Of a DNA stretch of 64,000 nucleotides, positions 11,228 through 22,580 are shown piece by piece. The DNA comes from an uncultured delta proteobacterium (GTDB taxonomy: Bacteria > Desulfobacterota > Syntrophia > Syntrophales > Smithellaceae). Each line of letters begins with the position of its first letter. The first letter of the stretch is position 1. Both the position numbers and the translations under genes were made by a program. The notes beneath the pieces were generated by a model, which was not told the DNA's origin, did not search any database, and was given only the letters and a program-made list of their open reading frames with translations. The stretch spans positions 98,087 to 162,086 of the forward strand of contig CAVXLI010000011.1 in NCBI GenBank assembly GCA_963762595.1, read 5' to 3'.

Positions 11228-11947
11228 CTAAGCCTGAATTTCTTTCATTATCATTTGGACATCTTCCCAGACAAGTTTTTTTGCCGATGGATTTCTTAAG
11301 AGATACGCCGGATGATACGTCGGCATTAATTTTATTCCTTCGTAAGAATGAAAACGGCCGCGCAACGCGGTTATCGGAATTTCGGTTTTTAAAAGTGTCT
11401 GCGCGGCAAAAGTTCCCAAAGCGCAGATTACCTGGGGTGAAATAATCTGCAGTTGCTTTTTTAAAAATGGCTCGCATAACCCGATCTCATCGGGCAAGGG
11501 GTTGCGATTTCCGGGTGGACGGCATTTAAGTATATTGCAGATATAGACATCTTTGCGTTTCAAGCCCATAGCCTCTATAATTTTCGTTAAAAGCTGACCG
11601 GCTCTCCCGACAAAGGGCAAACCCTGTTCATCTTCATCGGCCCCGGGAGCTTCGCCGACAAAAACAATTTGTGCGGAAGGATTTCCGTCGCCAAATACCA
11701 AATTGTGTCTTGTCTTCCCCAGCGGACAAAGCTGACAAGTTTTCATCTCCTGATATACTTTTTCTAAATCTGCCTCTTTATTCCCCGGTAAGATTTTCAA
11801 TTTTGGGGTGCGGTGGCGATTTTTTCCCCATTCCAGTCCGACAGATAAACTTTCCTGATTGACTACATATCCCTTGATCGCTTTAACTACAGACAGCAAT
11901 TCTTCCTGCAGTTGACTGTTTGACGATAACAAAAATAATTCCGCCAT
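11228..11947 (-). CDS. family-4 uracil-DNA glycosylase
   Basis: 239 aa. GEAPGADEDEQGLPFVGRAGQLL and HPAYLLRNP motifs, plus Cys residues for the Fe-S cluster (CQLCPL). Confidence 0.9.
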   Translation of the reverse strand: MAELFLLSSNSQLQEELLSVVKAIKGYVVNQESLSVGLEWGKNRHRTPKLKILPGNKEADLEKVYQEMKTCQLCPLGKTRHNLVFGDGNPSAQIVFVGEAPGADEDEQGLPFVGRAGQLLTKIIEAMGLKRKDVYICNILKCRPPGNRNPLPDEIGLCEPFLKKQLQIISPQVICALGTFAAQTLLKTEIPITALRGRFHSYEGIKLMPTYHPAYLLRNPSAKKLVWEDVQMIMKEIQA

Positions 11948-13158
11948 TACTTTTTGCCGCCGCCTTTCTTCTTGATTAAGTTTTTGACGCGATCCAGAAT
12001 TTCTTCCGCTGCTTCGATTTTGGTCATTTTGTTCAAAGATTCAGCTTTGCCTTTATTGTCAATTATCGTAATTACATTGGTATCGGTTTGAAAACCGGCG
12101 CCTTCTTCCCGTAAGTCGTTGGCGACAATCAAATCCATATTTTTCTTTTTCAGTTTTTCCTTGGCATTGGCTAAAAGATTTTGCGTTTCCATGGCAAATC
12201 CGACCAAAATGCGTTTGCCTTTATTTTTTCCAATTTCCGCAATTATATCCGGATTTTTTTCCAGCTCCAAAGAAAGAGATTTTTTATCTTTTTTTATTTT
12301 ATCCTTGGAAAATACATTCGGTCTGTAATCAGCAACAGCGGCAGCCTTGATAATAATTGTGGCGTTTTTGTAATTTTCCGATACGGCTTTATGCATCTCT
12401 CGCGCCGTGCGCACCTTGATTATTTTTTCTGCTTTGGGAAAAGGCAAAGAGGTTCGTCCGGTAATCAAAGTTACTTGAGCGCCGCGCCTGCCGGCAACTT
12501 TGGCCAAGGCGTAACCCATCTTCCCCGAGGACATATTGGTAATAAACCGTACCGGATCCAGCGGTTCTTCCGTGGGTCCCGCAGTAATTAAAACTCTTTC
12601 CCCGGCAAAATCCTTAGGAGTTAATAGCGATTCAATTTCTTCGACAATTTCCGGGACGTCAGGCAGACGGCCGGCGCCTTCGGTTTTGCAGGCCAATTCT
12701 CCCACGCCGCTGTCCATAACGACATAACCATTATTTTTCAGTTTGCTGATATTTTCCTGCACAATGGGATTTTCCAGCATCTTGTCGTTCATTGCCGGAC
12801 AAATCAAAGTCGGTTTAGCGGCAGCCATAATTGTTGTCGAGAGCAGATCATCGGCGATGCCCGAGGCAATTTTTCCGATTATATTGCCGGTTGCCGGCGC
12901 TATAACAAACGCATCGGCAAATTGTGCCAGAGCGATATGAGCCATATCGTATTTATCGGTCGGCGCAAACATTTCCGTATAAACCATGCCGCCGGAAAGA
13001 GTTTGCAGGGTTAAGGGAGAAATAAATGCTGTTGCGCTTTTCGTCATGATGACTTTTACCTGCGCTCCTTCTTTAATCAGCGCGCGTGTTAATTCCGCCG
13101 ATTTATAAGCAGCAATTCCTCCCGTAATTCCCAAAACAATTTTCTTTCCTTTAAGCAT
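11947..13158 (-). CDS. coaBC: bifunctional phosphopantothenoylcysteine decarboxylase / phosphopantothenate-cysteine ligase
   Basis: Flavoprotein N-domain (IVLGITGGIAAYK) plus the CoaB ligase C-domain. Start taken at MLKGKK (13158); the ORF is open to 13284. Confidence 0.92.
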   Translation of the reverse strand: MLKGKKIVLGITGGIAAYKSAELTRALIKEGAQVKVIMTKSATAFISPLTLQTLSGGMVYTEMFAPTDKYDMAHIALAQFADAFVIAPATGNIIGKIASGIADDLLSTTIMAAAKPTLICPAMNDKMLENPIVQENISKLKNNGYVVMDSGVGELACKTEGAGRLPDVPEIVEEIESLLTPKDFAGERVLITAGPTEEPLDPVRFITNMSSGKMGYALAKVAGRRGAQVTLITGRTSLPFPKAEKIIKVRTAREMHKAVSENYKNATIIIKAAAVADYRPNVFSKDKIKKDKKSLSLELEKNPDIIAEIGKNKGKRILVGFAMETQNLLANAKEKLKKKNMDLIVANDLREEGAGFQTDTNVITIIDNKGKAESLNKMTKIEAAEEILDRVKNLIKKKGGGKK

Positions 13159-13456
13159 AATATTGCCTTTGCGGTTGATTACTATAAGAATATAACAGCG
13201 TTTGATCACAAGATCAAGGCATAACTGCCTGGAAAATAGTGCTGAGCGAAAAGTTTTATCTTTTAATTTTACTTTGAATATCAACCGGTTTACCCTGTAA
13301 AAAGAAAGAAGCGGCGCCGGATTATCACGTGTTTCTGCCGAGAAACCTTCCCCTATTTTTTCCAGCTGTTAAAAAAGGAAAATTTCCTTGCAAAAGAAGA
13401 TAAAAGTCATTATTAAACCCGCGCACATCGAATCCCCGGATTAATCAGGAGCAACT

Positions 13457-14787
13457 ATGAAAAGGTTTGGTTTCTATCTCGCAATTTTCCTGGCTGTATT
13501 CATCATCGGCTCTCTTTACTGGCTTTATTTTGCCGATTATCTGGAAAGAGAAAAACCGGCAATTACATTAAATCAGGAAATTATTGCCATCGGAAAGCAA
13601 AAGAACATCGGCATTACTTTTTCCGACCGGAAAAGCGGTCTTTCCAATTTAAAGATAGAAATTATTCAGGATAACAAAGGCCAAATCCTGGCCGACGAGA
13701 ATATTCCCTCCCGGGCAACGAAAGAAAAGGTTTTGCAGTTGACCATAGACACAGCCCTCCTCAAACTCCACGATGGTCCGGCAACGATCAATGTTGCGGC
13801 CGACAGATTTCGCCCTTTTTAAAAATCAAACGTCTCTCTCTATCGCGGTAAGAATCGATACGGTACCTCCGCAGATATCGATACTCAATACGGCCAATTA
13901 CGTAAATCAGGGCGGTACCGGCTTCATTGCCTATCGGATTTCCAAACCCGCTGTCGCGGGCGGAGTCTATGTCAATGACTATTTTACTCCCGGCTATGCG
14001 CTAATGATTGACAACAAGCCGACCTATGTTGCCTACTTTGCAGTGCCGCTGGACGCATCTAAAGCAAAAACAAGTTTCACGATATTTGCCCGCGACGATG
14101 CTGGAAACGAAGCAAAGGCAACGCTTCCCTGTGTAATTAGAGAAAAAACATTTCGTACGGATAAAATGTACTCTAAACGAAAACTTTCTGCAGCAAAAAA
14201 TGCCGGAATTTCAAACAGATGACGTCCCGCACTGAAAGGTAAGACTCTTTTCGAAGTATTTATTTATGTCAATTCTCAAATGCGCAATGATAATTTTCAG
14301 ACAATTCAGACTATTTGCCAAAAATCAGCATCTAAAAGGCTTTGGAAAGGCACTTTCTTACGAATGCGTAATGCCTCTACCATGTCTCTTTTTGGCGACA
14401 AGAGATATTATATGGTTGACGGTAAAGTCGTTGGCAAATCTCTGCACATTGGAGTCGATCTGGCCTCCAACGCTAACGCTGCTATTGAAGCAGCTAATAA
14501 CGGAATTGTTGTTTTCGCGGGACCTTTAGGCATTTACGGAAACACCGTTATTATTGATCATGGTCTAGGGACTATTCAGCCTGTATGGGCATTTATCTTC
14601 TATTGAAACTACCGTCGGCAAAAACGTAAAAAAGGAAGAGCTAATCGGTCATTCCGGCTTATCGGGACTGGCGGGAGGAGATCATTTACATTTCAGCATT
14701 ATTGTCGGCGGACAATTTGTTAATCCCCTGGAATGGTGGGATCCGCACTGGATTGAAGATAATATCAATAGAAAAATGCGCCTCTAG
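13457..14787 (+). pseudogene. M23/LytM-family peptidoglycan metalloendopeptidase, at least three frameshifts
   Basis: N-terminal TM helix (ORF 13457-13822), middle domain (13773-14222), catalytic part (14280-14606: HIGVDLAS, NTVIIDHGLG) and a tail in another frame (GHSGLSGLAGGDHLHFSIIVGGQFVNPLEWW), with TAG at 14785-14787. Confidence 0.85.
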
Positions 14788-14789
14788 TG

Positions 14790-15658
14790 TCAGCTTTTAT
14801 TGATGTCGCGATGATTTAAATTAACCATATATTTCATCGCGGAAAAATAAGAGCTCAATTCATTGGCCATAACTACAGAACGATGTTTTCCGCCGGTGCA
14901 GCCCAGGGCAATATTTAAACGAACCTTTCCTTCTTTTTCATAAAGAGGAATCAGTAAGGTCATTAAATCCAATATTTTTTTCAAAAATTCTTTGCTTTCT
15001 TTGTTTTTCAAAACATAGTCTTTCACGGCGGCATGATGACCGTCGATAGTTTTTTAAATTTTCAACAAAGTAAGGATTGGGCAAAAACCTTACGTCGAAA
15101 ACAAGATCGGCATCGGCGGGCAATCCATAGCGATAGCCGAAGGAAGTAACATTAATGACCATTTTTTTATATCCGGAAGATGGAAGAAAATGTCGTCTGT
15201 ACTATATCTTTTAGCTGATGAACATTACTGGAAGTTGTATCGATAATTTTATCCGCCATTTGTTTCAATGATAATAATTTTTCTCTCTCCAATCGGATGC
15301 CCTCCATGATGGGACCTTTTTCAGAAAGAGGATGAATACGTCTTGTTTCGCTAAACCGGTGCAAAAGAGAATCGTCACTGGATTCGAGGAAGAGAATGTC
15401 GATTTTGTAACCCTTGTCTTTCAGGCGCGTAAATATTCGCTGGTACTTATCGAGAAAACTTCTTTCGCGCAGGTCCATGACCATTGCTACTCGATCTATT
15501 TCCGGTGATGAAAGAGTGGTTATATCAAGGAATTTCGGCAGCAGAACAACCGGCAGGTTATCCACACAGAAAAAACCGATATCTTCCAATGCCCGCAGGG
15601 CTGTACTTTTACCGGAGCCGGAAAGGCCTGTGATAATTACAACTCGCAGATTTTTCAT
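14790..15658 (-). pseudogene. rapZ: RNase adapter protein RapZ (YvcJ family P-loop NTPase), at least two frameshifts
   Basis: Walker [10 protein letters not shown] (ORF 15167-15658), [26 protein letters not shown] (14938-15162) and [10 protein letters not shown] (14790-15026). Confidence 0.9.
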
Positions 15659-16119
15659 TCAACTGTCCTTTTTAAACTGCTGAATGACTTTTTTAGCAGA
15701 TTTTTATCAAAATAGCCAGAAGATGGAATTCTTACCTGCACACAAGGTAATTTAGTTCCCAGAATTTCCGTCTCTCTGCTATTTAAAGAGAATCTGGATA
15801 CGCCGGCCTTTCTAACTTCTATAATTCCCGCAAGAGCTGTCTGTTTTTTAATCCTATTAGAATCCAATATTTTTTTTACAGGAACGATTCCTGTTTCTTT
15901 TGTATGCAACAGATTTTTGATTTTCGCATGGCCGCGGGCAATCAATTCCCCTCTTTGATTTCTTTTAACAACGGCTATATCATCGGCAATCCAGTAATTA
16001 CCTTCTTTAACCAGCACTAAGGCTGATGTTGTTTTTCCGATTCCACTGGCCCCTGTAATTAATATGCCTTTACCCTGACATTCAAAAACAACGCCATGAA
16101 AATTCGCAATTCCTTGCAT
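15655..16119 (-). CDS. hprK: HPr kinase/phosphorylase, short form (C-terminal kinase domain only)
   Basis: 154 aa with P-loop GASGIGKTT. Lies between ptsN and rapZ, as in many sigma-54 loci. Confidence 0.75.
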   Translation of the reverse strand: MQGIANFHGVVFECQGKGILITGASGIGKTTSALVLVKEGNYWIADDIAVVKRNQRGELIARGHAKIKNLLHTKETGIVPVKKILDSNRIKKQTALAGIIEVRKAGVSRFSLNSRETEILGTKLPCVQVRIPSSGYFDKNLLKKSFSSLKRTVE

Positions 16120-16219
16120 TTTTTGGCTAATTTAACCTCTCCACAAGTTTTGTAAACAATGCTCATTAAAAACGGATAATTCCTAAACGATGTTATTATT
16201 TGAGGCGAAATATATTAGA

Positions 16220-16696
16220 TTAGAGGAGACAGGATTCATCCTGATCAATAATTATTTTATACAAGTCGCCACGGGACTTTGCTTCCAACAGCTTTTTGCG
16301 AAAATTAGGCGCTTTCAACATTTTGGATATTTTGGCCAAAGCTTTTAAATGCTGACCGGCCGAATTTTCCGGCGCCAAAAGCAGAAAAAAAAGATGGACG
16401 GGCTTGCCGTCTATGGAATCAAAGGCAATGCCTTCTTTGCTGCGTCCGAAAGCGACAACAAGTTCTTCCAGGGCGGGTACTTTACCGTGAGGAATGGCAA
16501 TACCGTCACCTATTCCCGTGGAACCAAGATTTTCTCTCTGTTTTAAAACTTCTATAACCGCGGAAGAATCTAGTTTAAGCCCTCCCTGGATTATTGTGTT
16601 AACCAACTCTTGCAAGGCTTCGGTTTTGCTTTTAGCCGACAAGTTATCATTAATAAATCCACTCTTAAAAATCTGATCCAGCTGCATTTTACACAC
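16220..16696 (-). CDS. ptsN: PTS IIA-like nitrogen regulatory protein (EIIA-Ntr)
   Basis: 158 aa. GDGIAIPHGK carries the phosphorylatable His. Sits downstream of rpoN-hpf. Confidence 0.88.
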   Translation of the reverse strand: MCKMQLDQIFKSGFINDNLSAKSKTEALQELVNTIIQGGLKLDSSAVIEVLKQRENLGSTGIGDGIAIPHGKVPALEELVVAFGRSKEGIAFDSIDGKPVHLFFLLLAPENSAGQHLKALAKISKMLKAPNFRKKLLEAKSRGDLYKIIIDQDESCLL

Positions 16697-16748
16697 CTAA
16701 ATTTGCGATTTTCTGAAAAATTTTAGTACTTCATTTTCTCCGTTTACA

Positions 16749-16835
16749 ATTAAAGCTCTCCGCGGCAAGCTGCGGAGAAGCTTCGATTCTTAAGGAACAA
16801 TATCATTCAATATGCGCTCGCTACCGAATTCAAAG
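16749..16835. repeat. MITE-like hairpin element, copy A
   Basis: attaaagctctccgcggcaagctgcggagaagcttcgattcttaaggaacaatatcattcaatatgcgctcgctaccgaattcaaag. Near-identical to 54068-54198 apart from that copy's 44-nt insertion. Confidence 0.75.
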
Positions 16836-16965
16836 AAACTATAAATATTCCCGGCAAACATTTAATATATTTATGATTCTTTCCATACTTGAAATCTTTG
16901 ATGTTTTTCATTTTTATACTTTAGTTAGGATTTTATAATATAAGATTAATTTATATAATGACCGG

Positions 16966-17499
16966 TCAGCTGTTTGTCTCGATCAGGGCATAATTCCCAT
17001 CATCGCGACGGTAGACCAAACTTACTTTTTCCGAAGAAGAATCTCGATAGATTATAAAACGGTCTTTGGTTCCTTCTATTTCCATCACCGCTTCATCAAG
17101 CGACATGGGTTTTAATACTATTTTACGCGTTTCCACAATTCTGTTTGTTGCTGATTCTTCATTTTCCGCTCTTTCATTTACTTTCTCCATGCCGCGGCGA
17201 ATACTTTTAGGTTTATGTTCTCTGATTTTCTCTTTTTGTTTTTTTAGCTGCTTTTCAATTTTCTCTATACAGTTATCAATAGCCAGATGCATGTCTTTGG
17301 CTTCTTCTTTCGCGTTTACATTCCACCCATTGGCGCTCAGATTTATTTCCACAAAATTCCTGAATTTTTCCATAGAAAGGATAATATGGGCTTCGGCCGG
17401 CGCATCTACATATTTATTTAGCTTCCGAATTCTTTCTTCCGCATAAACTTTTTGCCATTTCTCACCTTCACTGTTTCTGAAAGTTACCGAAATTTTCAT
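16966..17499 (-). CDS. hpf: ribosome hibernation promoting factor (long HPF)
   Basis: 177 aa. S30AE/sigma-54 modulation N-domain plus a C-terminal dimerisation domain (IVLKPMSLDEAVMEIE...FIIYRD). Confidence 0.9.
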   Translation of the reverse strand: MKISVTFRNSEGEKWQKVYAEERIRKLNKYVDAPAEAHIILSMEKFRNFVEINLSANGWNVNAKEEAKDMHLAIDNCIEKIEKQLKKQKEKIREHKPKSIRRGMEKVNERAENEESATNRIVETRKIVLKPMSLDEAVMEIEGTKDRFIIYRDSSSEKVSLVYRRDDGNYALIETNS

Positions 17500-17654
17500 T
17501 ATTTTTCCTCCCTCTTTATACTCATCTCCCTGGCATCACATTGTGACAGTTTAACACCGGGGTGACAATAAAGGTCAGTCATATAGTGATGTAAAAGCCA
17601 AAAGTCAATCGTTTTTTATTTTTTCTTTTATAAAATAATTACTTATAACTAATT

Positions 17655-19137
17655 TTAAAAATATTTTTTCCTTTTCGAAGACGGTAAAATACCCATCATC
17701 TCCCTGTATTTGGCAACAGTGCGGCGGGCGATATCAATGCCTTTGTCTTTCAGCAAATCAACTATTTCGCAATCACTATATGGTTTTTTAGGCTTTTCTT
17801 TGCCGATTAGCTTCTTAATTTCCTCTTTAACGCTTTTCGAGGCAATATTTTCCCCGGATACTCTTTGAATGGAACTGCCAAAGAAGTACTTCATTTCAAA
17901 GATTCCTCGAGGCGAATGCATATATTTATTGGTTACAACACGGCTGATGGTAGATTCGTGCATTTCCACATCATCGGCAATATCACGCAACACCAGCGGT
18001 TTGAGAAAATTGATGCCCTTATCAAAAAAATCTCTTTGAAATTTGACGATGCTTTCCGCTACTTTATAGATTGTTTTTTGCCGCTGCTGAATGCTTTTAA
18101 TCAACCAGGTGGCCGACTGCACCTTTTCTCGGATATATTTTTTCCCGTTTTCTTCATCATTATGGCCATGACGAGCCAAGTCCGGCCATAATTTCACGGT
18201 AAAAATTACTGATGCGCAGACGCGGCAACCCATCATCATTGAGAATTATTTTATATTCATCTCCGGATTTGACAACATAAACATCGGGAATGATTGCTTG
18301 AATTTTTTCTTCGGAATAAACACTGCCCGGCCTGGGATCCATACTGCTGATCAATAATACCGCCATTTCCACTTCACGCAGAGGCACTTTTAATTTACGG
18401 GCAATATGAACATAATTTTTCAGTTCCAAATCTTTAAGATAGTCCCTAATGATAACTTCGACAATCGGATTTTTCTTCACACCCGGCATTCGCGCTTGAA
18501 TTAACAGACATTCCTGCAAATTGCGGGCGGCTATGCCGGGCGGATCAAATTCCTGAATCTTTTTCAGAACAGTTTCCACGAATTCTTCACTAACATTTTC
18601 CAGAAGGGCAATTTCCGGCACAGTCGCGCATAGATAGCCGTTTGCGATCAAGATTGCCGATAATTTGGGTGCCGATACGCATTTCATCTTCAGTCAAAGG
18701 CGAAAGCTTCATTTGCCACATCAAATATTTTGTCAGCGATTGACTTTCGGTAAGAACATTATCCCAGGAAGGCGCTTCCGTATCTTTGCGGCCATATGTT
18801 ACCCCAACCGGTCCATAATCTTCCAGATAGTTATTCCAGTCAAATTCTTCACGTCCGTCTCCTTCGCCGGTAATCTCCTCCGTACGCTCATCTGTTTTAC
18901 ATCTACATCTTCACGTTCAATAGATTGAACATCATCTTCGACCTGGGCGTGAACTTCCTCCTCATTTCCTTCGTCCGGGGAAACTTCTTCCAGGAGGGGA
19001 TTTTCTTCCATTTCCTGATTGATTGTATCGACAAGTTCCAATCTGGATAACTGCAGCAATTTTATGGCCTGCTGCAGTTGCGGTGTCATAATTAACTGTT
19101 GGGAAAGTTTTAAATTTTGTTTTAATTCAAATGCCAT
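17655..19137 (-). pseudogene. rpoN: RNA polymerase sigma-54 factor, two frameshifts
   Basis: N-terminal region [32 protein letters not shown] (18799-19137), core-binding region (18160-18687), and HTH plus RpoN box ARRTVAKYREMMGI (17655-18239). Confidence 0.93.
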
Positions 19138-19164
19138 AACAAATAATCATAATTCACGGATTTT

Positions 19165-19888
19165 TTATAAATTGAAATTTTCACCAAAATAGAATTTTCG
19201 GGCAAGTTCACTGTGAGCAATTTTTTCCGGTTTGCCTTCAACAAGTATCTCCCCTTCATTGACAATATAAGCCCGGTCACAACAGGAAAGGGTTTCGCGC
19301 ACATTATGGTCGGAAACGATGATACCGATTCCTTTGTTTTTTAACTTTTCGATAATTTTTTGGATATCGGCAACAGCGAGCGGATCAATGCCGGCAAAAG
19401 GTTCGTCCAAAAGAATATACTTGGGAGATGTAACCAGTGCCCGCGTTATCTCCACTCTTCTTCTTTCACCTCCGGACAGAGAATAAGCATAGTTTTTCGC
19501 CAAGGAGGTCAGATCAAGTTCTCCCAGAAGTTCCTGAAGTTTTTCCTTTCTCTCTTCTTCCTGCATATCAAGTGTTTCCAATATGGCCAAAATATTTTCT
19601 TCGACAGTAAGCTTGCGGAAAACAGATGGTTCCTGCGGCAGATAATTCAAACCTTTGCGCGCCCTCTTATACATCGGATACAAGCTAATATCTTCACCGT
19701 CTAAAAATATTTCTCCGTCATCCGGCTTAATCAATCCGACAATCATATAAAAAGTGGTTGTTTTCCCGGCACCATTGGGACCAAGTAAACCAACTACTTC
19801 ACCCGGCGAAATCGATAAATCAATCTCGATTGACTACTTTTCGCTTGTTGTAAATTTTGGTTAGTCCTTTTGCCGATAAATTACTCAT
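19165..19888 (-). pseudogene. lptB: LPS export ABC transporter ATP-binding protein, one frameshift near the N-terminus
   Basis: ORF 19165-19746 carries LSGGERRRVEITRAL and LLDEPFAGIDP. The Walker A segment (GEVVGLLGPNGAGKTTTFYMIVG) and the start MSNLSAKGLTKIY (ATG 19886-19888) are in another frame. Confidence 0.9.
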
Positions 19889-20011
19889 AATTTCACATTG
19901 CCCAATGATTCCTGCTTATTTTACTCCTCCTTTTTTTTTCCTGCGGATAGATTACAGCTTTGACTCTTTCTTTTTTCTCCGTATCACATATCTTCAACTT
20001 TTCCCGTATTT

Positions 20012-20500
20012 TCATTCAGGTAAACAATTACTTTGCATCCTTTTATTAGAATTTTTGCCTTCGCGCAATACCGCATTGCCGGTCAAAATAATCTGACCGC
20101 TATCATGATAATATACAGCCTCATCACCGGTGGCGATTCTTTCTCCCTGCGTTACCGAAACATTTCCCTTTGCTTCAATTTTTTCCAGATCGCCTGTTCC
20201 TTCAATCTCCATTGTTCCGATCTGATCTTTTTTATCAGGCTCTTTTTTATAATATAAAAGAAGCTGATCCGCTTTCAATACCCTGTCTCCCTGTTTGGCC
20301 ATTGCGTTACCGGTAAACATTATCAGCTTCTTTTCATTAAAAGCTTCCATGCGATCGGAAACAATTTCCATAGGTTCGTTTTTTTTAACTATCTCTTCCG
20401 TAACGACATTGCTATTCTGAGCATAAAGGCGGGAGGAAACCAAAAGAGCAATCAACAAGATGAACAAGTATATTTTTCTATCAATCATTTTCTTTCTCAA
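20012..20500 (-). CDS. lptA: LPS transport periplasmic protein LptA (OstA-like)
   Basis: 162 aa with a signal peptide and OstA-type beta-jellyroll repeats. Lies between lptC and lptB. Confidence 0.75.
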   Translation of the reverse strand: MRKKMIDRKIYLFILLIALLVSSRLYAQNSNVVTEEIVKKNEPMEIVSDRMEAFNEKKLIMFTGNAMAKQGDRVLKADQLLLYYKKEPDKKDQIGTMEIEGTGDLEKIEAKGNVSVTQGERIATGDEAVYYHDSGQIILTGNAVLREGKNSNKRMQSNCLPE

Positions 20501-21058
20501 CTATTTTATTTTTGCTTTTACCATGGAGGAAAGCTTTAATTCTCCTTTCTTAATGAAAAGAGTGAGTCCCACACCTTTTATTTTCATGCGCTTATTTTCC
20601 ATGGTTACCGGCGCGTCGGTAAAGAATTTTTTTTCTTCATCATTATAATTCAAATAATCGGTGCAAAACTTATCGCCCGTATCGGACGTGATTACCACGT
20701 TACCTTTTATTTCAACATCCTTTTTATCCGTAAACATCTCGCCTTTATCCGCCGTCATTATAAATGACTTTACCGTCAGACATATTTATTTTTATTTGAA
20801 CCCGGTCAAACAAAGCAAGATTTTGTTTTTCTGTAATAAGTGGCGGTATCGGCTTTCACTTCCCATTGGGAATTGGCTTCGCCGACTTCCGTATAGACGA
20901 AACCTTTAATTTGCAAATCGATCTGCTCCGGCAATGCTTTTAACAGCTCCTTCGATCTGATATCTTTAATTTTAAATATCACCGCAACAATAATCACCAA
21001 CAACCACACAGGCGATTACTATTGACGATATAATTATTGTTTTTTTGTTTAATTTCAT
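20501..21058 (-). pseudogene. lptC: LPS export system protein LptC, frameshifted
   Basis: Start MKLNKKTIIISSIVIACVV (ATG 21056-21058), then fragments 20806-21009 and 20501-20758 (ADKGEMFTDKKDVEIKGNVVITS). Position fits lptC. Confidence 0.7.
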
Positions 21059-21212
21059 TATCTCACCAAACTCCGATTTCCCCTTTATTGCAAAAAGCAG
21101 TTTTTGTTATATCACTCAGGATGTCGCCTGTAAAGATATAAGGACAATTAGCGGAAATACCGAAGAAATGCTGTTATCTTTTTATATAAAATATTCTAAT
21201 GTTAGCGCCTTT

Positions 21213-21753
21213 TCAATCATGTTGGGCAAACTCATACCTGGCGGCGATTTCCGGCCATTTGCCCTGGGCTTGCAAAATCAGTTCGCAAATCTCGCTCACC
21301 GCGCCATGTCCGCCCCTGTGCTTCGTTATATAATCAACCGATTTTTTCACGACATCGAGGGCATCAGCCACTGCCGCGGAAAATCCCACCCTTCTTAATA
21401 CCGGTATATCCACTATATCGTCACCTAAAAAAGCTACCGCGGTTGCCGGCAAATTATGTTTTTGTAAAATTTTTTCGAAGACATCCTTTTTGTTCAATGC
21501 GCCCTGATAAACATCATCAATATCCAAATCACGCGCCCGATGCTCTGACAACTTCCGATTCCCGCCCTGTCAATAACGCCACCTTAACTCCATAACGCTG
21601 GATTATCTTCACGCCGTGTCCGTCACGAACATCAAAATTTTTCATCTCGCGTCCTTCATTATCCATTATTATCCGGCCGTCAGTCATGACGCCGTCCACA
21701 TCCAGAATAAGCAGTTTTATGCCTTTGAGCTTTTCTTTAATATTTTTTTTCAT
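21213..21753 (-). pseudogene. kdsC: 3-deoxy-D-manno-octulosonate-8-phosphate phosphatase (HAD family), one frameshift
   Basis: LLILDVDGVMTDGRI (21529-21753) and FLGDDIVDIPVLRRVGFSAAVADA (21213-21551). Confidence 0.88.
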
Positions 21754-22580
21754 TTTATCATTTTCCCTTTAACCAAATTATCCAACTTCTTCAGAAGCAT
21801 CAGCAGTTCTTCCAGCGAATCCAGATAAAGCGAATTAGCGCCATCGCAAAGCGCTTTTTCCGGATCCCGGTGGACTTCCAAAAATATTCCGTCCACGCCC
21901 GCGGCTACCGCCGCCCGCGCCAGATAAGGCACCATATCCCGCTCGCCGCCTGACGCCGTACCTTCTCCTCCGGGCAATTGCACGGCATGGGTCGCATCAA
22001 AAATTACCGGATATCCCATATTTCTTATAATGGGCAAGGAACGCACATCAAAAATAAGGTTATTGTAGCCAAACGACGCGCCCCGTTCGGTAATCATGAT
22101 ATTTTCGTTGCCGGCCGCTTTGGCCTTGGCTATTATGTTGGCAACATCCCAGGGCGCCAGAAACTGTCCTTTTTTAATATTGATTACCCGCGCTTTTTTG
22201 GCGATTTCCGTCACAAAATCAGTCTGACGGCACAGAAATGCCGGTACCTGCAGGATATCCAGCACTTGCGCGGCGGCATCAATTTCTTCAAAACGATGCA
22301 CATCGGAAAGAAGCGGCACACCCAGCTTTTCTTTAATTCTCTGGAGAATCGCCAATCCCTCTTTTATTCCCGGGCCGCGGTAAGATTTAATCGAAGTCCT
22401 GTTGGCCTTATCGTAAGAAGCCTTGAAAATAAAAGGAATCTTCAATTTTGCCGTAAGTTTTTGCAGATACTGAGCAACATCCAAAGCCGCTTTTTCATTT
22501 TCCAGGACGCAGGGACCCGCGATTAAAACGAATCCGGCTTTATCTCCTATAACAAAATCTCCTATCTTAATTTGCTTCAT
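21750..22580 (-). CDS. kdsA: 3-deoxy-8-phosphooctulonate (Kdo8P) synthase
   Basis: 276 aa, intact, full-length KdsA-like (GPCVLENE..., FKASYDKANRTS, DATHAVQLPGG). Confidence 0.95.
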   Translation of the reverse strand: MKQIKIGDFVIGDKAGFVLIAGPCVLENEKAALDVAQYLQKLTAKLKIPFIFKASYDKANRTSIKSYRGPGIKEGLAILQRIKEKLGVPLLSDVHRFEEIDAAAQVLDILQVPAFLCRQTDFVTEIAKKARVINIKKGQFLAPWDVANIIAKAKAAGNENIMITERGASFGYNNLIFDVRSLPIIRNMGYPVIFDATHAVQLPGGEGTASGGERDMVPYLARAAVAAGVDGIFLEVHRDPEKALCDGANSLYLDSLEELLMLLKKLDNLVKGKMIK